From NCBI GenBank assembly GCA_012295275.1, contig CM022666.1:7254001-7318000 (forward strand): a stretch of DNA of 64,000 nt, written 5' to 3'. The DNA is from Chrysomallon squamiferum. Its lineage: Eukaryota > Animalia > Mollusca. The position numbers and the translations under genes were made by a program. The notes under the pieces are model-generated. The model was not told where the DNA came from and did not search any database. It was given only the letters and a program-made list of their open reading frames with translations. Shown here piece by piece: positions 1 through 58,783 of the stretch. The stretch's first letter is position 1. Each line of letters begins with the position of its first letter.

Positions 1-1068
1 AAATTAGCGAGAAATTAATGTAGTTAACCATCGCACCGCAATTTTCACTTCCGAAGGTCTCAAACCGGAGTTTTACTTATTCCGGTAGTTTGGTATTATT
101 TTCTTTTCGTTCCTGAAGAAACAGGACACCAACGAAGACAGGACCAAGCCATCCTGACTAACGTGGCTTAAACCCAAACACCATGGTGAGAGGGTTAATA
201 CAAAAGTCAGATTCGCTGCCGGTTACGGTTAATATAAAAGTCGGATTCGCTTGTCAGTGCAATGACATCCGTGCAAGATTTGTGGCAGTCCTCTTCTCAT
301 TACCTCGTGCAATAACAGAATCAAATTCTTGACTGTAATTGACCTCGGCGACAATTGCGGCTACTTCTTCATATGCAAACGCCATTACTGTAATTGGCTG
401 GCGGACAGTTCAAGAGCGATTACTTATTGTTTCGTTCGATTTGCGCTGATGCGCCAGGAATGGACGGTGCTTTTTAAGCAAAGTGATATTAAAAACGATT
501 ATATTATTTGTCCATTACTGAGACACAATATGAATAATGTCTGCAACAGCCGTCTGTAATTCTCCAGTATCAAGACCTTTGATAGCAAGATTTAAAGTTC
601 AAAGGTACGCGAGTTCGAACCCATTGGCTAGCATGTCTTCAGTATCATGAGACTTAGTAACAAGAGCTTTAATGACAGAAGGTAAATCGGTTCAAAACCA
701 TTGGTTAGTAAGACTTCAGTATGTTATGATGACCAGAGATTGTAGGGCCACGTAATACATTTAGATCAGATAGATTAGGACGTAATGTTTGGAGTTTTGT
801 GCTCTGAAGGCACATGCAGGTTCAAACACAACATTTAAAATGTCTCCGATTTAATATATGATGACGAGTTTTAAAACCAGTCTGGGTCCAGTTGTACTAA
901 GACGTGAACATTAAATATGTGTAATATCAGCTCTAAACAGAAAAAAATAAATTGAATTTTTATCTAAACACGAATTTACATTTTTAGTTTGACAGTATAC
1001 GTTTTTGTGTATGTGTTTGTTTAATATTTCTGTACACACACACACACACACACAAATACACGCACCAT

Positions 1069-1105
<37 letters not shown>

Positions 1106-1135
1106 CCAAGCTATATATACATACATATAAACACA

Positions 1136-1187
<52 letters not shown>

Positions 1188-2228
1188 TAAACATATAATA
1201 TATATAATTATAAACGCTGCATTTTATATTGTGTTTTTTTTGTTGTTATTTTTAAATATATTTTCCAAGCTTTGAATTGTTGTCTTAAGAGACATATACA
1301 TTATGGAAAAGTTTATTTTCTGTCACGGTTTAAAAAGTAAGAATGAAAACTGATTACCGTTTCTTCTTCTATTCTGCTGACAAATTGCCTGTTTGGATCT
1401 TTGAATAGAGAAACATTACAAAAGACGTTCGGATACCGCATGCGGAAACGGAAAAATAATGACAAGATCTTTATATATACCAGATATATGCTAAAGAAAA
1501 AAAATATTCAATTACTTCTTTCTAGGCTAGCAGATTCAATTTACGTTACATAATTACAAAAAAACCGGCAATATGCTTTGAAGTTTTATTACAAATAGAC
1601 AACTTCTCCCGAGTAAGACACGAAAGAAGAAAATTGTTTATAGAAAATGGGCTTCAGTGATAAATATATAATAAGAACAAATTGTACTGCTCGCTCTTTG
1701 AAAGGCGAACAACCAATTAACCTCGTGTAAACTGAAAAACGCAATTGATAATACACCTTTGCGACATGCGCAGAAATACATCATCTGCTTCTGTCAAAGA
1801 TGACCTTTCTTTTCCCTTTCAAGTAAGATACGACGCGATTTATGTTGTAAAGGGAGGTCAGAGTGAGATATATTTTTCAGTCGTCCTACACAGCGCGTGA
1901 TCTTACTTGAAACTGATGATCTTACTTGAAATGAGTGTAAAAAAAAATTAAAAAATAAAAAAAAAAAAAAAAAAAAGACGTCTTTAATCTATTGCGCACT
2001 TAACTGTAGATTAGCGTCAACAGTATCATTCTGATTTGATGTGTCGATCAAAGACTTAAAGCAGGCCACCACACATTACGTCATTGCATTCATCATCTCT
2101 GTATCTATTTTTACATCTGTTTAAATTATCAGTGTCTCCGCTCTGTTTGTCTCTCAGTTTCCCCTCATTATAGTGACTTATCTGACTACCTGTCATTCTG
2201 TGCATGCATGTATGTATGTATGTATGTA

Positions 2229-2296
<68 letters not shown>

Positions 2297-2789
2297 TGTA
2301 TGTATGTATGTATGTATTTATGTATATATGTATGTATGTATGTATGTATGTACGTACGTACGTATGTATGTATGTATGTATATATATATGTTTGTGTATG
2401 TATATATGTATGTTTGTGTGTGTGTGTTTGCATGTGTGCGTGTGTGTGTGTGTATCCACACATCTATCTATAATTCAGTTCGATATTTCTCTATATCTGT
2501 CTTTCACAGATTCTGATTATTCGTCCTGAACTTACAATATTCTATTTTACCACATTCTACGCTAGCTAGCTCACATCCATCAATATGACCGTTATGTGAT
2601 ACTAATACTATACACGTTTTCATATCTTATTAAACATTCAGTCCATCAGCCGAAGATTCATCTCTCTTGGACACATAACTCAAATCGTGTTCGCGTCTGC
2701 CGAACGTAATGTTAGTGTTAGTATGTTAGAATATCAGCAAGATGCTAGTCGTTTTCATTCAGTTCTCTGTACTAGGCAATGCCATTTTA

Positions 2790-3087
2790 TACCCAATCAT
2801 TCTTAATTCTAACAGTTTGACCATTACATAACTGAAGCTAGTCTTATGGAAAAAAAAAAAGACTTTCTTTACAAGAAACAAACATCGGTTTACAATATTC
2901 TAAACCATCATTCTTAACTTTAACAGCAAAACCGTTACATAACCCAGGCTTAATCTTTTGGAAACAAAAACGTATTTACTTTATTTATATCATTGCTAGG
3001 ACAAGCAGTATACGATACACGAACCTAAGACCTATCATTCTTAGTTTTAAATAGCTTAACCATTACTTAACCGAAGCTAGTGTCATG

Positions 3088-3118
<31 letters not shown>
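2790..3118. repeat. Degenerate tandem triplication, ~110-130-bp unit containing an A-run
   Basis: atcattctta...aacag...accattacataac...gctagt...tggaaaaa recurs at about 2795, 2907 and 3034. Confidence 0.7.
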
Positions 3119-3120
<2 letters not shown>

Positions 3121-3466
3121 CTTTATTTATATCACTGCTACTACGAGGAACATAGATCTATCTGTACTCGAATCTGCAACCTGTCATTTGTAATCCCAGT
3201 AGCTTAGCCAGTACGTGACTTGGGCTGGTCTTACGGAAAGGTTATTTATTTTATGGTCTTCTAGTAATGTCATATTAATTGAAGCCAGTCGTGTTGGGTT
3301 ATGAAGAACACTGATATTTTGGACAAAAGAAAATTGAACGGTGTCTAGCTGAAATGATCTCGGTGGATTTATAACACTTAATGATATATTAGTGTCAGAC
3401 ACACACACACACACGCATATTGATTGAAAACATGCACGTAATCGAGAGCACGTTCGCATATACATA

Positions 3467-3504
<38 letters not shown>

Positions 3505-3614
3505 ATTAATGACATAATAATAATATATATACTCATGTATCTAAATAAATATACATTCAGACATCACAAGCGCACATACATACATACATATATTCATATC
3601 TATGTACATATACC

Positions 3615-3674
<60 letters not shown>

Positions 3675-4855
3675 CATTACGATCCAAAAAAAAAAAAAAA
3701 AAAAAAAAAAATAAAATAAAATAAAATAAAATAAAATAAATAAATAAATAAACAAATAAATAAATTAATAAATAAATGAAGAAAGAATGAAGGAAATGAA
3801 GAAATTAAGAAGAAAAAAACAACAAAAAAAAAAAAAAACAAAAAAGCAATAAATAAAAAATAAAATAAATAAAGATAAAATAAAATAAAAGTTCATCTAG
3901 ACTAGACGGTCGTTTCCTCCGAAGACCTAAGTAAAACAGATGTGTCGATAGTCTTTATTGGATATCGTGTCTTTATTAACCCGCTTACACTCGCTCGGAT
4001 AAAGTCGTGAAATCTATCCCTTCTCGCAGCAGACGACGAAATCCTCCCGCCTCGACAAAATACCGTTCAGCCGATTATTTTTTATCAACTCGCTAAGAAG
4101 TGGGAACTTCTTCACACCTCACGTCTCCGATTTTACAAGCGAATAAACAAATAACCGCGATTTATAGTTATTTACACTAATAGAGGAATTAATTTTCTGT
4201 GCGATGCGCGCAAACTCCCGCTCGCCGATGTAGGTTTTCTTCGGTTGTTCTCGTTACTTATTTCGTTAATTCCCGGGCTTGGCAGGGATAAGTAAGAGAG
4301 GTTGATGAGTCTTTTCGCTTCATTAGAGGTAATTTAATATATCACTGTGTAATGACAACAGATGAAGTGAGTAAGTCGCGATAAGAAATATGATTAGATG
4401 GGAGGCGATAATCGAAGGATCGATTAATCGAAGAAGATGATGAAATACATTTCTTTTTATCGATATCTGTCTGAAAGGTTTTAATTAATTGAAATGGTGC
4501 AGGAGGAGTAGGAAGAAGATAATAAGACGAAGGAGAAAAGAAAAAAAAAAGAAGAAAAAAAAAAAGAATGAAAAATAGAAGTAGTATCACCTAAAAAAGA
4601 AAACAAAACCATAAACAAAATAATACAAAATAAAAAGAAAAGGTAAAGATAACAAAACTAATTAAGTAACTAAATAAAAACAGATAAACAGACAAACAAA
4701 CAAACAAATAAATTAATTAATTTATATGCATTTAAAAAAAAAAGAGGAAAGGTTATGGAAAAAAGAAGAAGAAGAAAGAATGAAAATATAATGAAATTAA
4801 TAAAAAAGAATAGAACAGTAATCAATTTTCATAAATCTTACAAAACTGTATACAT

Positions 4856-5192
<337 letters not shown>

Positions 5193-5311
5193 GAATTTGT
5201 TAAGTTATAATTGTTGTAATATATATATTTTTTTTTATTACGGAGAGGTGAACTATAAATGAAATTTATAATTACAAAGTGTGATGTACATACATACCAA
5301 CATATATACAA

Positions 5312-5411
<100 letters not shown>

Positions 5412-7502
5412 TGATGATGACAATGACAACGACAACAATAACGACGACAATAATAACAATGACGACGACAACATCAACAGTAACAACAACAATAACAGCA
5501 ATAATAAATACTTTTACTACTAATAAAAATAACAACGACGACAACGACAGTGACTTCAATGTCTTCGTAATAAAGCAATTCTTCTTCAGTTTTATAACGT
5601 TTCCTCTGATTTGTTTTTACGATATCAAACATAGACAGTTTTTATTGCTTTCCTCCGCTGTTCTGCTCTGTTTTAACGTCGTTTTTAGTGTGTTCAGAGT
5701 TCTAGTTATCTCCATCTAGTCTAATGTGGCAGTCCTCTCTAAGCTGAAACTGCCAGACTGAAACGAATGTCTGGTACGGACATCTGTGACATTTTTAGCT
5801 CGCCAACTTTGTTTTTCATTTAACCAACGTTTCGCTAAGTCTGGTCGAACATAAAACAGATAACCAACTTACATACTTACAGACGTATGCAGACCAGCTA
5901 TATATAAATGAATCAAAATTCTTTTTATCTGTAAGAAAAATGTCAACTTCAGAGCATCATGACTGTATTATCGTTATCTTTCCATGGAAAGTGGTTGCAG
6001 TCAGGATTCGAACCAGCTTACTAACAATATTAATGATAAAACCGTAACATTTCTATAACTGAATAACCTTTCCCTTCGTTAAGTATAAAACCACAGAAAC
6101 TCGATCATTCTGGATTTGAAATGGGTTTATGAAATGGGTGACGTTCTTTGAATGAATTTGCTACTTCTACGTCACATTGATTCTCTAACGATGTGTTCTT
6201 TTCCGTAAGTGGATTCGATCCCAGGTTATTTGACACGATTACAGTATCGATGATGCAGCAGCTATCGACTCCAGAATGGTCAGTTTCACTAAAATGGCCG
6301 CGATTCTCAAGTTCAGTCCAGCTGCTCCAAATGTCATCGTCGAATAGGATTCATCATTGTCCAGGCGGCACCATCAACGGAAACCTATTCATGAAAATAC
6401 TGCTTGTTAAAAGGCAGCCGAGCACAGCTCGTATTCGGTTATATGATCTAATCCAGCAGCACTAACAAGTTTACGTACAGTGGACGGAGATGGACAGACT
6501 GCAAAGTGCATTCGCTAAAGCAATTACGGAGTGAATCGAAAATGTCCGACGTTTCTCCGTACCAATTTGAGCGAGCGTCTTAACACCCCGGTAAGGAAAT
6601 TGGAAAAAAAGAAAAAGAAAAAGAAAAAGAAAGTCGCCTTTCGCCTTCGGCCACGTTGACCCGATAGAAGGACACTGGTGGTGTTGGTGATGTCCGGCTT
6701 CACGCCATCATAATATTTATCCAGTTGATCTGAAGGTTTCGTGAGGTTTTGGGGGCAAAGGGAAGGTGAATAATGGAGTAGTAACACGTTTTTAGGACAT
6801 ATGTGGGGGAAGAAAAAAAGAAAGAAAAAAGGTTCATACAGAAATATCCATAGTCAAAAAGGCAATTATTAAAACATCTTTAAAAATGGTTAAACAAACG
6901 AACAATACCATCAACAACCTATCTCAACAACAAAAAAAAAAAAACAAAATAAAATAAAATAATAAAAATAAAAATAAATAAATAAAAAATATTAAAAAAT
7001 AATTAAAAAAAAGTAAAAAAGTAAAAATTAAAAAAGAACAATAAAAATATTTAAAAACTCCCCCACGCCAAAAACAAAAACAAAGACACAACCAAACAAA
7101 CAAAGAAACAAACAAAACAAAACAAAAAAGATCTACAATACCAGTAGTTTTGGACATAAAATAATAATCGTAATTACAGCAACAGTGGAAGTTATAAAAA
7201 TAGCTGAAGATGTGGCAACAGTTGTAGTAATAACAGTTGTAGTAATAACATCTGTTGTTGAAGTTGATTGGTAATAATTGTAGTAATAATAACTGTTGTA
7301 AGTTGATTGGTAATAATCGTAGCAATAGCGGTAATAAACACAACAAGCGAAAAGAATAATAAATACACACGAACTCAAAGAAGTGCCGATTGTGACGTCA
7401 TATTTTTGAACAAGCTATAACGTCATAGACAGTTGTACGTTCTTTACAACAAAGTTTACTAATATAATGATGTGATGTCATACACAGATGCATACCATAA
7501 AA

Positions 7503-7559
<57 letters not shown>

Positions 7560-7577
7560 TATATCTTCGTTTTTCAG

Positions 7578-50888
<43,311 letters not shown>

Positions 50889-51261
50889 CGGGAATTTTAA
50901 TCTCATGTGATATATTACTGATATTTTAAAGATATCGTTTATCTTTTTCCTTTCTTTCTCTATTTTTTTTCTTTCAAAAGATTCGAATCGGCAAACATAT
51001 CTACTTGTATATATATTATGTACATATGTATGTAAGTTACTTTCTGTGAAGATTCCATAAGGTTATTTTTGTTTTTCATAGTTTATGAGATTTGTTACTC
51101 TATATCATACCCAAAATCTTTCATCAGGGTTTTGAAACAATATGTAAATATCTCCTACCCAATATTCAGTAACAAGTGTTTTAATGGAATTTATGGGTTT
51201 TTTTTTTTTTTTTTTTTTTTATTTTTAAATTTAGTTTTCCTTTCTTCAATGCGGATTACTT

Positions 51262-51302
<41 letters not shown>

Positions 51303-51882
51303 ACTTCTCTGAAACCGAACCATTTTGTAAATATTAAATACTCTCTATTTATTTATTTATTTATTTATTTATTTGTCATAATTGTGTAAGTAAACTGGAG
51401 ATTTTGGGATAACCAATTCAGATCCTATGCAATCGTTTGCAATAAAAATAATTTCCCATTTCTTCCGTGTAAAATGGCATGAGAATGAAATGTTTTTGGT
51501 GATATCCTGTTAAAACTGCATTCCTCGGTTTCTGATTTACATGTGAACGTGTCGTACATAATGAAAATCTGTGTATTGTTACGTTTTTCTTGATTTTTTC
51601 TGTATATGAAATGTCCCTTTTTTTCTTTCTGTATCTGTGATTATTAATATCTCTTTCTATATATGTATGTATTATGTACGTCTGTTTATGTACGTCTATA
51701 TATATGTAAGTAATTATATCAGTATGTATGCGTGTATATTGTTATATATATATATATATATATATACGTATGTACGCATGTTTGTATGTACTTATGTACG
51801 TGTGTATGTACATATGTATGCCCGTATATTTGTATGTATACGTATATGTATTTATGTATGTATGTACGTATGTGTATGTGTA

Positions 51883-51913
<31 letters not shown>

Positions 51914-52243
51914 TAATTTGTATGTACGTATATTGAAAAATTGTATAACCAGTTTCGTCAGCTGTGATTTGTGTCTGTTGTTTTTTGTCCATGTGTCTGT
52001 ATGTCTTCGTCTGATTTGTGAATATTTATGTTAATAAGTATAAATCGATTTCGATATGTTGTTATTTCTCATTGTACATGAAAATCTTTTCTTTTTTCTT
52101 TTTTTTTTTTACAACATTATCGTTGTTGTTTGTTGTTTCTTCTTTACGTGTTTTATCTTCATGAATATTCAGCACATTGCCGGAAATTCATCTGTTTTCG
52201 TTCCATTAATACTGGTTGTGAAATGAGTTAAAAGATAAGAAGA

Positions 52244-52279
<36 letters not shown>

Positions 52280-53853
52280 GAAGAAGAAGAAGAAATTAAT
52301 CAAATAAATCAGCGGAGTACAATATATAATTAAGAACGTACTGAACGTCTGCTTCGAACGTCTGCCCTGTAACCCCCCACACCCGCCCCGACGTTCGTTA
52401 GTGTCGTCATCGGTTTCAGTTTGAAACAGAAATGTACAACGCCACTCTTTTCGTTTTACGTCAGACATCTGTAAACGTTTTAATTATATTTAAATTCTAA
52501 TTAACCGGCTTACGTATTGATTAACTAATTAACCAGTATATCCAGACTTTGCTAATAACTACCGCAGAAAGGCAATGTACAATATGACGTACAAACCGTG
52601 CTAATATTTCATAATTAAGTTTTAAAGACAATATTTTTTTTAACTTGTTTTTACGTTCCTGTTAACCATCTCGCCCATAAAGTCTTTTTTTTTTTTTTTT
52701 TTTAATTTTATTCATTTATTTTAAATAAATGTAGGGAGTAATTCGGTCGTATTTGTGTATAATTTTAAAGTATTTACGGTATAAAGCATCATTTTAATGT
52801 ATTTGTGGGGTTTTATATATATATATATAACGTTTTACTGCAATAGTTCTTTGTTAGGCCACATAAAATAATTATTAGTTTCTCTTTATAATGGCGTATA
52901 ATATATATATATATTTTTTTTTGTCAGTGTTTGGATATTAACTTGTTTATTTTATTTACAAAGTAGCGTACTTCAAATAACGGAGAGTAAAGGAAACTTA
53001 GCTCGAACTTACATTTATATCGAACGTTTTTTTGTTTTGTTTTCTTTTATTTCTGCTTAATTCGAATTTCGATTAACATTGAAATTTCTTTTCGTACACC
53101 TGTGTGTGTTCGCTCTCATCAGTGTGTGCGTGCATGTGTATGCGTAAGTGTGTAAACATATGACACAAAGATAAACGCGAATAATTTATCCTTAGGTAGT
53201 CATTTTCGACGAATGTATATTTGACTTAATGTTAATTTTGTTTCATTCAAATCGTGTTTCATCGAGAAAATGTCCGACTGAAGAATTATGATGATATTTT
53301 TTTAGTAATGTTTCGACTCCATGTGGTTAGTTAGGACAGCAAGTAATTAGTTTATTGTATGTATTCAGTTATCTGTCTGTGTGATGTACCGTTTTGTTCT
53401 GTTGTTTTTTTACTTCTGTTATTAGACAAATATTTGCACTATCTGTTATTTATTTCTTTATTTATTTATTTATTTATTTACAATATACAGTCCAGTAATA
53501 ATTTTTATATACACCTGTTTTCGTTCAATGCAATAAACTTGTTTTTAATTCCACTGTAATATGAGAGATTCCAATATATGTATATACATATATATACATA
53601 CATATACATATATATACTTATATATATATATATATATTATATCATATACACATATATACGTACATATATATATGTATGTATCTATGTATATAAATAAATA
53701 TGTATTTATGTATGTATGTATATATATGTATATATATATATATATAAACTTTTTAATGGCACTGTGATATTACATATGTTATAGAAGATCGGTTACTGTA
53801 AATAAGAAATGCATTGTCAATTTCATACACTGTTTTCATATATTATTTTGCAC

Positions 53854-53859
53854 AATAAA
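53854..53859 (+). promoter_or_regulatory. Candidate polyadenylation signal for the rGC transcript (alternatives at 51441 and 53532)
   Basis: AATAAA followed by GT/T-rich sequence (ttttgtcggtgttgg), about 3 kb after the stop; weak evidence in such AT-rich DNA. Confidence 0.25.
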
Positions 53860-54021
53860 CTTCCATAACCTTTTGTCGGTGTTGGCCTTTTAATTATTTT
53901 ATTTATTTATTTATTTATTTGTCTGTGTAGGGGATCATCATCTTTTTTTTCTTCATCTAAAAATACATTTTCTTTCTTTGTCTTTGTTTCACTTCGATCA
54001 AAGTACTATATTATTAAAATA

Positions 54022-54087
<66 letters not shown>

Positions 54088-54108
54088 AAAGAAATGATGA
54101 TGATGAGG

Positions 54109-54155
<47 letters not shown>

Positions 54156-54814
54156 AACAACAAGAACAGTAGTAGTAGTAGTAAAAGCAGCAGTAGCAGT
54201 AGTAATAGTGTAAGTAACAGTAGTAGCAGTTGTAGTAATAGTAGTAGTAGTAGTAATAACAGTAGTAGTTGTAGTAGTAGTAGTAGTAGTAGTGGTAGTA
54301 GTAGTAGTAGTAAAGAAATAAAAAGGGAGGGAGAAACTTACATTAATACACATATTTAATCACGAGGTAGTGTTCATTAATTTTACTGTTTGTTTGTGTT
54401 ACACATACGTGGCCAATATAACACGTCATTTTTCAGCAGCTCCTAAACCAGTTTCGGTCACAGATGGAGAAATCAGCCAATCAGCTAACGTAATTTAAAC
54501 GTGTCAGTGTCATCTTTTGTGACGTAACCAGAACATAATATGGTTTGTTGTGGCTCTCATTACAACGAAGAAGAAGAAAAAAGAAATAGAAAAATAGAAA
54601 AATACGAACACTGAAAAACAAAAACAAAAACAGAAACAGAAATGCCATTGAAATCATTGAAAATATAATTAAGTAAGAATTAGATTAAATGAAAAAAGAA
54701 AAAAAGAAAAAGAAACGAAGATGAAAAAGAGAACTAGAATTTTAGATAAATCTGGAAATATATGTTTTTATCCTACTTAATTTTCCTTTTTTGTTTCACT
54801 TTTTCTTTACTTAA

Positions 54815-54861
<47 letters not shown>

Positions 54862-55624
54862 ATACATACATACATACATACATACATAAATACTAGGTAA
54901 TTTATCTGCATCTTTGTTGACCTAATTATTTGGTTTTTCTGGTGTGCGAATTGACGGGGAATAATAAAATCATTTTCAGTTCATTAGCACGAAACACAAA
55001 TGGCATCCAGAGAAATCAGTTTTGCTAAAAACCGACGAAGGAAAAATCAACGGACGATCGTTTTGTACTGTCGTGATGTGTTTTCGTACAACTCAATTAG
55101 TCGATTTCTGTTATTTTTTTTTTTTTTAAATTTAATTTTATTTAATTTTATTTTTTTATTCCCTTGGATTCCGTGATGGAGTTCTTATGAGTCTTATTAG
55201 TGAGAAGATTTACTGTAAATTAATGTGTACATTTAAAGAGTTTTTTTTGTGGTTTTTTATATAGTAGAATGAATATATGTATGTTTAGCAGCCAGATAGT
55301 CAGTGAGGTTACTGAAATAAGGAATAAAAGAAACGAAAGGAAATTAATGGACAAAGAATAAAAAGAGAGGAAGAATAAAAGAAAGGAAGAATAAAATAAA
55401 GGAAGAATAAAATAAATGAAGAAAGAGACGAAAAAAGAACCCAGATGATTGAGATAACAAAGAAAGAATGAATGAGTGGATGTATGAAGAGAATTAAAAA
55501 CAAAGATGAATTACGTATTAACAAAAAGAAGACAAAAAAGATTTATGACGTAATAGGTCAAAAAATAAATAAATAAATAAATAACAGTTTTTAATTATCG
55601 TTAAATTGAATTTGCATAGTTATT

Positions 55625-55707
<83 letters not shown>

Positions 55708-56594
55708 GAAACAAGAAGATTAGGAACAAGAGCAACAAGAAAACAAGAACAGCGAAAAATGATTATGATAATGATAATGATAATAAATAATGATAATGAT
55801 AATGATAATAATAATAGTTGATGTCGTAGCCAAAATAATAATAATAAAAGTGATGAAGACAATGCCGATGCTGTTGATTATGATGATAATAATAAGAGAA
55901 ATGAATGATGATGATGATAAAGGTTTAATATAAAATAATATTTGAAGAAAAAAAAAAAAGAAAAATAAGAATATATAAAAAGAAAGTAAAAACATGGATG
56001 AAAGAATAATAACAGAGGAAATGAAAAAAGAAAAAAAAAAAAAGAAGAAAAAACAGAGAAAAAAAAAAACAAAAAAAAACCCACAAGGAAGTAGAATGAA
56101 AATACAACAAGTATTTCATGATGGACGATTCTCGACAGCCTCGTTTTGGAAAAAGTCTTTAAGTGCTGACAGTTTTTGTGTGGCTTCTTTTCTCATGCGA
56201 GCTTATTTGTCCACTCAGCAGATTTTCTTGTCTGGCGTTGAAATAATTTTTTTTTAAAATAAAATGGCGAATCTGAAGCACCTTTTCAGGTCCGCATTTG
56301 AATTTCATAATCTGTCATGGCTTGATTTCTGTAGTTTGTTCGTCACATACTTTCCTGTTTAAATTCGTGTCTCTTTGACATGATAATCAATTAATCGATG
56401 AGATTCAAAAATTCCATGTGGAGAAAAAAAAAAAAAAAAAAAAAAAAAAAGAGAGAGAAAGAGCCAAACGACGAAGCGAAATGGCAGAGCAAATAAAATC
56501 ATGTCGTCTGTTTATCCCGGCATGCTTTGTTATCGTCTGTCACTGATTTAGTGTGAAATCTCGTTCGAACGAGATTTCGTATGATGTTTAGATT

Positions 56595-56676
<82 letters not shown>

Positions 56677-57144
56677 CTCTGTCTGTCTCTTTCTCTGTGT
56701 GTGTGTGCGTGTCTTTTCTCTCTCTTTGACATGAAGCTGATTATTTTTGAAATTACTACCACGAAGCACTTCAAAACGTATACATGGATATATAAACTTT
56801 CATTTCTTTATGTCTTCTTCTCTTTCTTTTTCTGTTAAAAGTACATGTATCTACTGTTAGAACATTTCTAGACTAATCGTTCGTTAATTACGAATCCGTG
56901 TCCGATTTTGACATCCTGACTGACATCAGTTTGTTTCTATCAGGATTCGCGTTGGCGAAATATTCATTTGATTTCGATAAACTGAAAGCAGCACAGAGAG
57001 AGAATCTCAAATTTCAGTTTAATGGGAATCACTCAGTTATTAATTTTACGTAAACAATCGGTATGGGAAAAAAATAATTTAAAAAAGAAATAAAACAGAA
57101 AAATACACACACATATAAACACACAGATACATACGTACACGCAC

Positions 57145-57179
<35 letters not shown>

Positions 57180-58183
57180 ACTCATACTTTCACAAACATA
57201 CATACATACATACATACATATACATATATATATACATACATACATACATACATACATACATACATACGTGCAGTCACATACACACAAAACAGATATACAG
57301 TGAATTACACATATACAAACATATGTAAACAAGTCACGTACAGAAATCTACGAACAGACTCACGTACGCACAGACGCACAATTCCATATGGGACAGAAAT
57401 AAACAAATCGATCTATTCTTTTCAGTTAAACGCTGAGGCTATTTATGTACTAGAAACATTGTAACTGCTCGAATTATATTATGTGCAACTTAGGTAATCT
57501 ATTGCTGTACAAAGCAAAACAAACAGAAAAACAAAAGAAAGAAAAGGCAGAAATCCGTCACGTTTTACCCTATTTCTAGCTAAATGTCGATGCTCTGAAA
57601 AATATGGGAGGAAGACAAAAAAACAATAAAAGTACACTGAACAAAAATGGCGAGGTTAGTAACAATTTACAACTAAAAAAATGAATTATTCCCATGTCAA
57701 CTTTTTTATATTTACTTCAGTAATAAAAGGATCTCTAATCAGATTTTTTATTTTATTATTCTTATTTTTAATATTGTTTTTTTGGCGACTCCTTTATTAG
57801 AAATTCTATAGCATCTTTAGCATCGCTAATGGCAAATATAATTGTATAATTGTAATATTGTACCTTTTAATCAGAATCGATTAACGTATAAATCAGTTAT
57901 TAAGTGAACAGATTTAATAACTGTAAAACATCTTATACGAACAAAACGTTTTGGTGGACCTTTGAAAATAATTAATTAACAGAAGATTAAATGTTTGAAA
58001 TTTTAGAACCCCTGAGAATCTTTAGTAAATCCACCAGCACCTCATCAAATTAAGCAATTTATGTTTTTGATTTTAAATAGTTGTAATTGTAGCAGCAAAT
58101 GCCACGTAAACTAAAACAAATTTGACACGCTGATAGAAGTTATTCATACTGGTTTACTGATTATAAAAACTAAATTACTGTCG

Positions 58184-58257
58184 GGCTCTATAGCTCAGTT
58201 GGTTAGAGCGTCTGCCTAGTAAGCAGAAGGTCGAGTGTTCGAATCACTCTGGAGCCT
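58184..58257 (+). tRNA. trnT: tRNA-Thr(AGT)
   Basis: GGCTCTATAGCTCAGTTGGTTAGAGCGTCTGCCTAGTAAGCAGAAGGTCGAGTGTTCGAATCACTCTGGAGCCT; full cloverleaf, A and B boxes, perfect T stem GAGTG/CACTC, anticodon AGT. Confidence 0.92.
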
Positions 58258-58697
58258 TATTTACGTACTGTTATTGTTACTATTGGTATTATAGTTGTTA
58301 TTATTATTATTTCACTTTTAAAATAAATATTCCAAACTCGACAAAGCTTCTATTTAAGTGTTTGTGTGTGCAAATATTTCAAATCCGTTCACCTTAGCTT
58401 TTAAGTTCGGCGAAGGCCAATTCACTGACGTGTTCTCCAAATTCCTCTTTGGTATATTTCGTTTACTTGATAAAGTTTTGTTTTCATATTCTTACGTAAT
58501 TAGATACTTTTCTTAATGATTATTTTTCTGTTCTTTTTCTCTCTCAAACTCCTTCAAACATGCGCCATTTTATTTTATTTTATTTTATTCTATTTTATGT
58601 ACGAACTTCTGAAATTTGAAACAACTTATAATGGGACGTAAAAACAATCTGTAAAAAAATTATATGTCATGCACTAGTATGGAAATACTATCTGTCT

Positions 58698-58783
<86 letters not shown>

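Noticed and set aside
6193-6800. GC-richer stretch and short ORFs as possible upstream ectodomain exons
   Set aside because: No frame with recognisable rGC ectodomain similarity together with a suitable phase-1 donor.
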